The notes under the pieces were generated by a model. It did no database searches. It saw only the letters and a list, made by a program, of their open reading frames with translations, and had not been told where the DNA came from. A stretch of DNA of 64,000 bases, taken from Hormiphora californensis (Eukaryota > Animalia > Ctenophora). Where the stretch lies: NCBI GenBank assembly GCA_020137815.1, contig CM035357.1, positions 5,704,001-5,768,000 of the forward strand. The letters run 5' to 3'. The translations under genes were made by a program, and so were the position numbers. Positions 13,601 to 25,462 of this stretch are shown one piece after another; position 1 is the first letter of the stretch; each line of letters begins with the position of its first letter.

Positions 13601-16600
13601 CCTTCATAAAACACTTCATATGACCAAAGCTGTAAAGCTGTTACTCACAGTTTTGGAACTTTCAGTCAGTGGAAGTTTATTAATATTTTCGAATGCCTTT
13701 TAACATGCCAGTCCCCATAGTTACCAATTCAGTTGCCATGGCAACCGTGTTGAAAGGGGCGAAAAGAACCACCAGGCGAAGCCGGGTGGGTTATCAAAAA
13801 GCCCTTACTTGAGCGCACCCAATGGGTGCGCTAGTTGTATATAACATGTAAACAGGTGTGTCCCATATATATTCAGAACGGCCAAATGTGTTTATTGGAT
13901 TTTCTCTATTGTGCAATAGAGTTACTTTGACTGTTGCTTTACTTTGTTTTCTACTGGGTCATGTGTGGACTTGTCTAGAGTTGAACTTGATTTGTTTAGA
14001 CGGTCTTGGAGCTAGCTAGAATTGGAATGGTATTGTATTTTCTTATTTCCTAATCCGCATAAATCTATAAAATGGACGATTCTCGCATTCTGTTCCCAAA
14101 ATGCTGCTGCTCATTCTCCTTTTCGCCTGCCTTGCACCCAGCCTGGCCTCATTAAGCTGCTATGGGGACGACGGAACGACAGCTTGGTACACGCTGTTCA
14201 AGGATAACAACTGATCTCCACTACGCTTACGGAAACAAGGCAGGAAAAGTAAGTGAAGGGAATTCCTGATGGTACACTGCACTTTTATCATGTTTTTACT
14301 TGTCAGTTGTCTCATATAATAAGTCTGTCCTCTCCACGGCTACGTGAGGTCGCGTAAATACCAAAATTTGCCGTGTAATTGTCTATCTTCATTGCAAAGG
14401 TAAAGAAGGGGAAATACGACCTGACCTGAATGGAGGAACCCTCTCGCTAGGACTCTAATTCCCGCTCTACAAGGGAGAAGTAAACTACATTAATGTACAA
14501 CGATCAGACTCCAGATGGCAGGAAATCGGACGTACGTGGGCACACCAAAGGTAGGTGCAGCTACAGGAACCGACCGAATCAGGAAATACTGGTCCCTGAT
14601 TGGCTCATAACCAGTCACGTGACCTAAATAACGAGTTCTGATTGGTTGTTTACTTGAGTCGGTCGGTTCCTGGCTACCAATAGTAGGCATCGGACCCGCA
14701 CATACAAAGACACTAAAACTATACAAATAAAATGATTTACCGATGATTTAAAGGATACCTTGCCTTGTTCGGGCAGGGAAAAATAACTTTCCCCGTTCTT
14801 TAACTACCCCCAACATCTAGGTGTGCTGATGTGGGACGATAAAGATCTGATCTGGTTGATCCACAGTATACCTGCATTTCCTCCTCCAGGGAAAGAAGGG
14901 TACTGGTACCCTCAATCTGGCATAAAATACGCTCAAACCGCCCTATGCCTCACTATGAAAACGAAGAAGTACCTGGATACAGCTGCAACTCAACTCTACT
15001 TCACGTGGCCCTTCATCTACGATTCCGCCGTAAGCATTGTCTTCCTCCAACAGATGAGCTGATCAGCTGTTCTAACTGATGAGCTGATCAGCTGATCTAA
15101 CTGATGAGCTGATCTAACAACATTATATAATGAGAAACGTTTCTTTTAATATACAGACTTTAGGGTTTGGTAGCTTAGTGGTTTATAGCTCCGAGCATGT
15201 CTCTCTGGAGGTCCCTGGTTCAATTCCCGGTCAAACCCAGTATTTTTCGATTTTCTTCCCTATTTAATTCTTGCTCTGAACTCATTATTCAGTGTACAGA
15301 CTTTGTTCGTGAAATTTAATTTGCTACTTGCACTCCCTCAAATAGGTGGCACAAAAGTACAAAAAAGGAACCCTTGCACAAGTCCTTGCGGGTGAACACC
15401 AAGTTGCCGCACCATTCACCTCCATACATCAACTCAAGACCGCCAAATCTAACTTCGTCTCCTACGCCAAGACGGGAGCCTGGGGCCGGGACATCTACAA
15501 GGAGCTGTTAACCCCCAGCTTGGGGACAGGCTTGATCGCCAACACGTGGCAGAATGGAGCTGGGGCTCTCCCTTCCAACTGTACGGGCAGTTATTCCGTG
15601 TGGAACGCACTGAGATTCCAGATACTAGATAACGAGTGGAACTCCAGTCAGGATCATAGCAAGTGGGCCATTAGCTGCAACGGCAACCCCAAGAAATCAG
15701 AGAAGAAGTATACGGTGTGTATCGGGGGAGTTAACAGGATGGCAAAGCAAATGGAGAGGGGCGGAGTGATGTTCTGTGTAGTTAATAAGAAGCTTTGGAA
15801 GACCCTCGACAAAGAGATGGTGTACGATGCTTGCTAGAAGAGTGTTTGGGAAAAAGAAATATTAGACGGACTTTCAAATAGCATAGGCGTTGATTCGCTG
15901 TGTGGAATTTTTTGTCGGTTTCAATTACTTACCAAGTATGACATGCACTAAAAATGATTTAGGTACCTACTACCTACTATACTTTTTGATTTTCGATAGA
16001 ACTGGTTTGTAAATTGGTAAACGCTGCCTACCCTATCAGGATAAGGAATCCCTTTTTAAATTAGGATCGAAAAAGGAACGCGTGTGCGGGAGTATCAGAA
16101 GTATAGTGCTAGGACACATTACCCTCCTTATTCATAACGCAAACATTATTCATAACAAATGTGATAACAATCCAAATATCCCGATCCCTACCTTGTCAGA
16201 TCCCGTCCGTTCCTGTTCCTCCTGTACAAATTCCCGGAACGTGTTCCCCTGGTATTGCGCATACTTGGCTATGGTGGAGTGGGATCTGGTACTCTCACAC
16301 AGCCACTGCTTCTTACGACCCTGTCCGTTCTAGAGAAGAGAATGAGGGTTATTTGGGGGAGATTATTGTTGAGAGGAAGAGATGATGATTAATGGGGGGG
16401 GGGGGAGTACTTAGAAGTCAGAAAATATGGGTACAAGTGAGAGGGGTTTTAGTGTCAAACTGAGGGGGAATATAATATGTATCTTTCAGGGTATTTTATC
16501 TTGAAAGAGAGATAAGTTCAACTAGTAGTGTCCCCTATGTCTACTTTAAACACCCTGTCTTTAACACGTGACGTCACCAGACAATAACTTAACAAAATTC

Positions 16601-19600
16601 AAATCTCTCTATCAATCACTAATCTCAATTTCTCATAGCGCTCTCATAGTTGCCTATTAAACCATTTTCAAACCACCACTGCACGCTGAAAACTCTAAAC
16701 CTTTAATAACCAGAAAATGGACTAACTACATGAGACATAAAACTGCCGTACGCCGGTACTCCTATATACGAGGTGGCCCATAAATTATGAGGCCGGGGGA
16801 CGAGCCGTACCTCCGAAAGGGTGATAGATCTACAGCTGCCTACAACTCCCAGTTGCCCCTGCAGTACTCACATGAACATCCCAGTTTTCATCAGCGCTCT
16901 GCTGCCACTGTGTCCTCACTTCCACGGCGTGGTCCGGGTTAGTGCTCATCAGGGTCTTGGTGTTGAACAACTTGAGATCCACACCCAGCACCTTACAGAG
17001 CCCCTTTAGGACAATGACGGGTTGTTGGGATTCCACACAGAGGGTCTGGAGAGTCCGGGAGAAGGCATCGTCCCGTGTGGGTACCTGTTGAGAGTAGATA
17101 GGGAGAAATTGGGAAAGAGTCTATAAAAGAGCAAAATATAATAATGGAAGGAACGGGAGAAGTTCAAAATATTTTACTTTCATATCATTCAAAGTAAGGT
17201 TACTACTAACCCGTATTGATGGAGTGGTTGGGTTCAGTGTGGGCGGCATTGGGGGCCGGGGAGGGGGCGAGGGAGGGGCATTATAAACTGGTTTCACATC
17301 AGCCCTTGCCGGAACACTGTCAGCCCAGTGTGTGGGTACCTCAGGGGCTGGTTTCTTCTCGTCCCCTCCCCCCTCACCAAGGAGAGTGGTGGACCCTGAG
17401 ATATCCATCTTCTCATCAGCGTCCTTCTCAGATTTGGTATCCTGGAGAGATTGGGGGTTTTAATTAAAGAAAACAACGGTTTAGAAGTTCTAAAATTCAA
17501 TCAAGAATCCGAGTTTGTTTTGTTGTTAAAGTCAAGTTGACAGAAAGCATAGTCAAACAACAGTCAAAGGAGAGATAAGAGTAGAACCTTGAAAAACAGA
17601 ATCTCCCATTCTTCATGATTCTTGTTACTGTAAGGGTGGGCACGACGACGCAATCTGATCATATCAACACAATACTCAAAAGATAGGGACGACAGCGAAC
17701 GCAACAAAATGTTAACAGGACGATATAAAATGATAATCTCGATTCTTTATTTGAACGTTTGTTTTGAAATCCAAACAAATTTCACTGCCAAAACGGACGT
17801 TCAACAACAACAAGATCATTTCGATAAGCGTGATAATTTATCTTTCGATATCTTGCAAACATCACGCTTTTTGAACAGAGGGATAACTCGTGATGAATAA
17901 CTAAAAAATTCAACAAAACGGATGAAATGAGACACATGAGAACGGTGACACGATCGTTATCTCAAAATGAAAACCACATCCTGTTTCCTGATCCGATAGT
18001 TACCTCAGTTTCCCGTTTCCTTGTGAGTTGTGCTGGTATTGGAAGTCTCCACGCCTCCTGGATCTGGGGTAGGGAACTGGGCTGGGGAGTTGAGTTCTGT
18101 TTGTTATGTAGCTGTCTAGATATCATCTTGATACGAGCCTGGAAATGAGAAGATGTTTAAAATCTTGTTCTAACTGGCCATCCTGATTCCTTAAATAAGA
18201 AAACTTGACAGATATATATTATGGCAGAATCAGTGGCTGTTACTTGAACTGTTCGTTGAACTGTCTCCACGATTCTCTCTTTGAATATAAACGAACTGTT
18301 CAAGTCGTTACCTGTAGTTTGGCAATGGGGTCAAAGTATCCCTCTCCATCTAAGTTCTTACTCAGCTCTATAGCCTTCTTGTAACAGACCATGGCGTCAC
18401 CAGGTTGCATGTTTTGTTCGTACAGAATACCTGGTGGAGTGGAGGGTGGTAGAGTTATAGAGGGAGAGGTATAAAACATAATGAAAGGGGGAGGGAGAGA
18501 GAGTGAGGGGGAAGGGAAAGAAAACATGGATATTTTGTACGACAAGAGATAGCTTCTAGGGGGATAGAGAAGTGATCTGTGATTGGTTGGTGTAAGAAGT
18601 TGAGATTTTCCATTAGGAGATGAGGTCTCCATTGTATTCCCTCTCTCTCATTCAAGTTAGATGATTCAACCCTGTATGTGATACTATTTACTCTCCAACT
18701 CACAATGAATCTAAACTCATGCGACTCCTTCAGCTGCTCAATATCTCTCCCTCTCCCTATCTCTCTCTATCATATTCTTATTCTGTATCTATCTCCCTCT
18801 GTATCTCTCTTAGTAAGATACTCTCCCCTGTCACCTTATTATAATGGATATATCTCCCTGTCTCCCCTCTTACTCTCCCCTCTTACTCTCTTCTGTCCCC
18901 TGTGGACACGTCTGCGTAGAAAATAATAGTCTAGACACACACGATGCATGGCAATGAACTCTAATACAGGAGGATATTGCTTGACTTGATCTGCTGTACT
19001 ATTTTCTATACTCTCCCTCTCTATTTCCCTGTTCATCAATCTATCTCCATGTCCCTCTATCTCTCTATCTCTCCCTCTATCTCTCTTTCTGCACAGTAAC
19101 TCCGATCTATACAGTGTTACTCTCCCTCTCCATGATACTTGCACAGTATGTAACGTCACTGCATACAAGACACACTGTGGAGCTCAGTCTATATTTAGAC
19201 CATTCATTAGAAACAAGCAGAAAGAAGGAGTAGAAAATAGCTAATAGACTGAATGACAAGATAAAGTGTGTAATACACATTGTGTATAGTTTGAAAAAGT
19301 GAAAAGTGTCTACTGTACCCGTATACGCGTACTGTGTAGTTTGAAAAAGAATTTTGTATTTACCTAGGTTGGTCCACGCAGCAGAGTGAGAAGAATCAAT
19401 TTGAACAGCACAAATGTAGGCTTGGAGGGCATCCATTGGTTGGGACTGTTGTTGGTACAGTACCCTGAGGGGGAGTTGATCATGGATGAAATTAATAGGA
19501 ACCGCTGCCCGTGGGTCCTCCCTCTACTAAGCAAGACCTACTCGAGTGAGACTCGAGTATACTCCCCCTACTCCCTTTCAACAACTCAATACCCATCCCC

Positions 19601-22600
19601 TATTACTCACCCGATGCTACACCAGTCACCACCCAACTCTCTCCCAGTACTCACCCGATGCTACACTAGTCACCACCCAACTCTCTCCCAGTACTCACCC
19701 AATGCTACACCAGTCACCACCCAACTCTCTCCCAGTACTCACCCAATGCTACACCAGCCACCACCCAACTCTCTCCCAGTACTCACCCAATGTTACACCA
19801 GCCACCACCCAACTCTCTCCCAGTACTCACCCAATGCTACACCAGCCACCACCCAACTCTCTCCCCCTACTCACCCAATGCTACACCAGTCACCACCTAA
19901 CTCTCTCCCAGTACTCACCCAATGCTACACCAGCCACCACCCAACTCTCTCCCAGTACTCACCCGATGCTACACCAGCCACCACCCAACTCTCTCCCCCT
20001 ACTCACCCAATGCTACACCAGTCACCACCCAACTCTCTCCCAGTACTCACCCAATGCTACACCAGCCACCACCCAACTCTCTCCCAGTACTCACCCGATG
20101 CTACACCAGTCACCACCTAACTCTCTCCCCCTACTCACCCAATGCTACACTAGTCACCACCCAACTCTCTCCCAGTACTCACCCGATGCTACACCAGTCA
20201 CCACCCAACTCTCTCCCAGTACTCACCCAATGCTACACCAGCCACCACCCAACTCTCTCCCAGTACTCACCCAATGCTACACCAGCCACCACCCAACTCT
20301 CTCCCAGTACTCACCCGATGCTACACCAGCCACCACCCAACTCTCTCCCAGTACTCACCCAATGCTACACCAGCCACCACCCAACTCTCTCCCAGTACTC
20401 ACCCGATGCTACTGCACCAGTCACCACCCAACTCTCTCCCAGTACTCACCCAATGCTACACCAGTCACCACCTAACTCTCTCCCAGTACTCACCCAATGC
20501 TACACCAGCCACCACCCAACTCTCTCCCAGTACTCACCCAATGCTACACCAGCCACCACCCAACTCTCTCCCAGTACTCACCCGATGCTACACCAGCCAC
20601 CACCCAACTCTCTCCCAGTACTCACCCAATGCTACACCAGTCACCACCCAACTCTCTCCCAGTACTCACCCAATGCTACACTAGTCACCACCCAACTCTC
20701 TCCCCCTACTCACCCGATGCTACACCAGTCACCACCTAACTCTCTCCCAGTACTCACCCAATGCTACACCAGCCACCACCCAACTCTCTCCCAGTACTCA
20801 CCCGATGCTACACCAGCCACCACCCAACTCTCTCCCAGTACTCACCCGATGCTACACCAGCCACCACCCAACTCTCTCCCAGTACTCACCCGATGCTACT
20901 GCACCAGCCAACTCTCTCCCAGTACTCACCCAATGCTACACCAGCCACCACCCAACTCTCTCCCAGTACTCACCCAATGCTACACCAGCCACCACCCAAC
21001 TCTCTCCCAGTACTCACCCAATGCTACACCAGTCACCACCCAACTCTCTCCCAGTACTCACCCGATGCTACACCAGTCACCACCCAACTCTCTCCCAGTA
21101 CTCACCCAATGCTACACCAGTCACCACCCAACTCTCTCCCAGTACTCACCCAATGCTACACCAGTCACCACCCAACTCTCTCCCAGTACTCACCCGATGC
21201 TACACCAGCCACCACCCAACTCTCTCCCAGTACTCACCCGATGCTACACCAGTCACCACCCAACTCTCTCCCAGTACTCACCCAATGCTACACTAGTCAC
21301 CACCTAACTCTCTCCCAGTACTCACCCGATGCTACACTAGTCACCACCCAACTCTCTCCCAGTACTCACCCAATGCTACACCAGTCACCACCTAACTCTC
21401 TCCCAGTACTCACCCAATGCTACACCAGTCACCACCCAACTCTCTCCCCCTACTCACCCGATGCTACTGCACCAGTCACCACCCAACTCTCTCCCAGTAC
21501 TCACCCAATGCTACACCAGCCACCACCCAACTCTCTCCCAGTACTCACCCAATGCTACACCAGCCACCACCCAACTCTCTCCCAGTACTCACCCGATGCT
21601 ACACCAGCCACCACCCAACTCTCTCCCAGTACCCACCCAATGCTACACCAGTCACCACCCAACTCTCTCCCAGTACTCACCAAATACTATACCAGTCACC
21701 ACCCAACTCTCTCCCAGTACTCACCCAATACTATACCAGTCACCACCCAACTCTCTCCCATTACTCACCCAATGCTACACCAGTCACCACCCAACTCTCT
21801 CCCAGTACTCACCCAATGCTACACCACGTATCTGCATTCCTATCCAGCCTGTCCACAGACTGCCTGTAGGCTACAAAGGCCTCATTCACTTTGTTCTGTG
21901 CAGCATAACAGCGACCCAGGAAATACCAACTCTGTAACGAGAGGTATTATAACAATGTTGGGACTAAAACAACAAACTTTCCAAAACCGGACACTAATTT
22001 GGTTCTGTTACTACGCCTACAACTGAACCACAACACTAATATATGTATCCACACAATTATCTCTATACCTGTCCGTTACTGGGGTCCGTTTTGACAGCCT
22101 CCAAAAGAAGGGGTTCCGCTTTCTGGATCCGGTGGATGTCCATGGTTTGGGAGATAGAAGAGTGGTAGAGCCATCCCAGTTGACGCAACGTACTTGCCCT
22201 CAACTGTGGGGGGGGGGGTGTTGTGTGAGGAAGTTGTTCTAACGCCCACAACTAGAAAATATAGGGGCGGAGTTCCTACTCAAGTCTCCACTGTGGAAAA
22301 GAGAAAAAAAGAGGAAACGGGAAATAAAATGGGAAGCAAAACTGCAAAAGTAGCGATAAAGTTTAAAGATAAGCACAGCTGTGATCTAAGTTACCTTGAC
22401 AGTACTACCCTCACTGCTCAGTATTGACTCGTACATGTCCTTTGCCATATAGAAGTTTCCCTGAAGCTCGTATAGGTGGCCAATGTGGAAGCGGATCTCA
22501 AGAGGGCTCAGAGAGCTGGGGCTGGTGTCCATTAGTGCCAGGTGGAAATGCTGTGGGGAGAGAAGGGGTTAGGAGGTGCTGTGGGGGAGAGAGGGGGTTA

Positions 22601-25377
22601 GGAGGTGCTGTGGGGGAGAGAGGGGGTTAGGAGGTTTCTGTTGGGGGGAGCCGGGAGCTGGGGGAGAGAGGGGGTTAGGAGGTATCTATTTGAGGGGGGG
22701 GGGGGGTAATAGGTTTCTATTTGGGGCGGGGGGAGTTTGGCGAAAGAATTGATAAGAAATATTGAGGGGAAAAGCTTGTTTTCTTTTGGAATGTGTTACA
22801 GATAAGTGATAACTGAATGAAGCTACGTAGTCATACAGCATGTCAGCATATTGGGCAGCTGCTAAAAGCTGGAATGTGTGAACTGTGAATATTATATCAT
22901 GAGGGATTAAGTATCATTTAAACCTCCCACAATCCCTCCCAAACATACGGATAAAACCTTCAACGAATCTTAACTCTTCTACTACACTATGGCCAAACTT
23001 AAATAGTATTTTGTCAACTCTTAAACTAAAAGCCAAATTTGTAAACGGTAATCCCATCCCATGGTCGTACACTAGAATAGTATTGTGTATTCCTAGCAAT
23101 CATATTGGCTAAAGAAAGAGCAATTATGTCGCGTCATTCCTCCATATAACCTCGTTTTGAGAGATCCCATTATGCCATGCTTTATGTAGCAACATGAATA
23201 CACCATGTGGAAACATAGTGCTGTACATAAAATGTTCTGCACACAGCAGGATAAATTCTCATATATCCCCCTCTAGCTCTCACTCTCTCTCTCTCACTTC
23301 TTCTAATGACTCTATTCAGTATTCTCTCCGAGCGAGCCTCGCCTCCTCTCTCTATCCCGATTCCCGAGGAGAGTCTTGATCTCCTATCTCTCTCCTTTAT
23401 TCTCCCTGTCTCTCTCACTCATATATCATTCTAATACCCCTATTCTCCCTTCCATTCTCGTCTCTTATATTCACTCATCTGGCGCACCTCCAAGTGCCCA
23501 GTGCCCCGAATTTCAGAAATCTAAAAAAATATTTTTCTAAGCCTTCAGCTAGGCTGCAAGATTCTATTCGCTAGGCTGCAAATTTTTGCTCGGTCTCGGC
23601 TGCTACGCAGCCTCGACCTCGCGACGTACGTCAGCATCGTAGAAGTTGGGCTAATAGGGAAAAAAGTACCGTTTTCGGGGCAAAATCATCGTGCAGCCCA
23701 GAATGGGAAAATTTCCTCAAAATTTTCTGTAGCCGGGCTGCAAGAATCTCGACACCGAAATACATATGTATTTCACACTCTAATGAGGGGGATGGATATG
23801 TGAAACCATTCTGGGACGCCTTATTAGCACTGTTAGCCAATACGGGATATTAAACACATTATTCGGGGAAGCTTATATTTCATATTTTATATTTATATTT
23901 TCTGCAGCCCGGGCTGCAATATCAGTCGAGGTTATTTTATTTAGGCTGCAAAAAATCAGTCAGGCTGCAAATATTTGCTCAAATATCGGGGCACTGGATG
24001 ACGTGTACAACTCCAGAGTGAGAGAGTGAGAGTGGGAGAGAGAGGGATCAGGGGAGGAGAGTGAGTGAGATATCTGAAGAGGGCACTCAGATGAGACATG
24101 ATATTTATTATACGAAGAGTGATTTGTTTGACAGCTATAACTGAGCGAGACATCTGCTACAAACATAGTGAATTCTCAACAGCAGACAGGTGACATTTTA
24201 AAACTATACCTTGAGAGCAGCCTCAAAATCGCTCTTGTTTTTGAACATGATAGCTAGTCGGATATGAACCTCATTCTTCCTACTGAATCCTGGGTCTATA
24301 TAAAGGACCTGCTGGAGAGCTTTAGTTGCCCTGAGGGAGAGAGGGGATACACCTGTTAGTTGGGAAATAACACACTCCCGGGACCCGGAATCACTACCAG
24401 ATTACACTCAGTTCCGTTAGTTCTAACTCCTTGGTGACGCGGTCCCCCCTACACTAGGGCCGCGCGAAGCGCGGCAAACGAAGCCGGCGAAGCCAATCTA
24501 ACTCCTAGAGCTAAGTATCATGTACTAAATCTTCATCGTCTTACCATTGGAAAGCGTTGTAGTGAAAGTATACTAGTCCCAGACCATATAGGAAGGACGC
24601 GTTCTTCCAGTGGTCAGGGTGAATTGTAATATACTCTTGGTACGCAGACATAGCTGAAAACAGGGTGTGAAGGGTAGCAGGAAAGTAAAACATCAAGCAC
24701 TTTTGATCCCCACTTTTGATCCCCATTCTGCTCTCTTGATTAAGATACTCAAGAGATCAGACTGTTTCTTTAACCCTCCTTTAAGATATTTGTCTCGGCG
24801 TACGGTAATCAGAGGGACAAGCAAGGCAAAGATCATACTGGTTCACTCACCTTTATTATAGTCCTCTAACAGGAGGTGAAAATGGCCCAGTTGACAGAAC
24901 AAATCAGGGTTATCGTAGTTCGTGTGGATCAGCTTCTGGAGATGGGCTATCGCCTGAGGGGAGGGGGGGGTATTAGCAAGGATAGGGAGAGATACAGTGT
25001 GTCCTAGATTGGGTAAAATGAGGCCCTCTAATAGGACACCACGCCTTCTGAGTCGTGTCCTCGTGCTATATAATATAGTTCTGGGGTGACTACTATTACC
25101 CACCTCCCAATTCCCAGGATGGGAAAGAGAGAGTACTCCGGGGAATACTTTGAGGGAGTGTAATTGAGACCTCGGATAATGATATTAATAGTAAGAACCG
25201 GTGAGAACTGAGGACCCAGCCCTATTCACACAAGCACAGAGTTTCTATATTGCCGCTCTATAATCATAACATGGCCCTTCCCCCCTGGGGGCTATCAGAT
25301 CATGGAATTACGATTATGCAGCACGCGTCCCATAAACATGGTCAATAGAGAGAGATGGAGAGAAAGAGAGAAAGAGA

Positions 25378-25462
<85 letters not shown>

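Noticed and set aside
19386-22026. Long plus-strand ORFs (up to 461 aa) resembling a mucin or repeat protein
   Set aside because: They arise from a stop-poor 44-bp minisatellite open in all three frames, antisense to a KDM6 intron.
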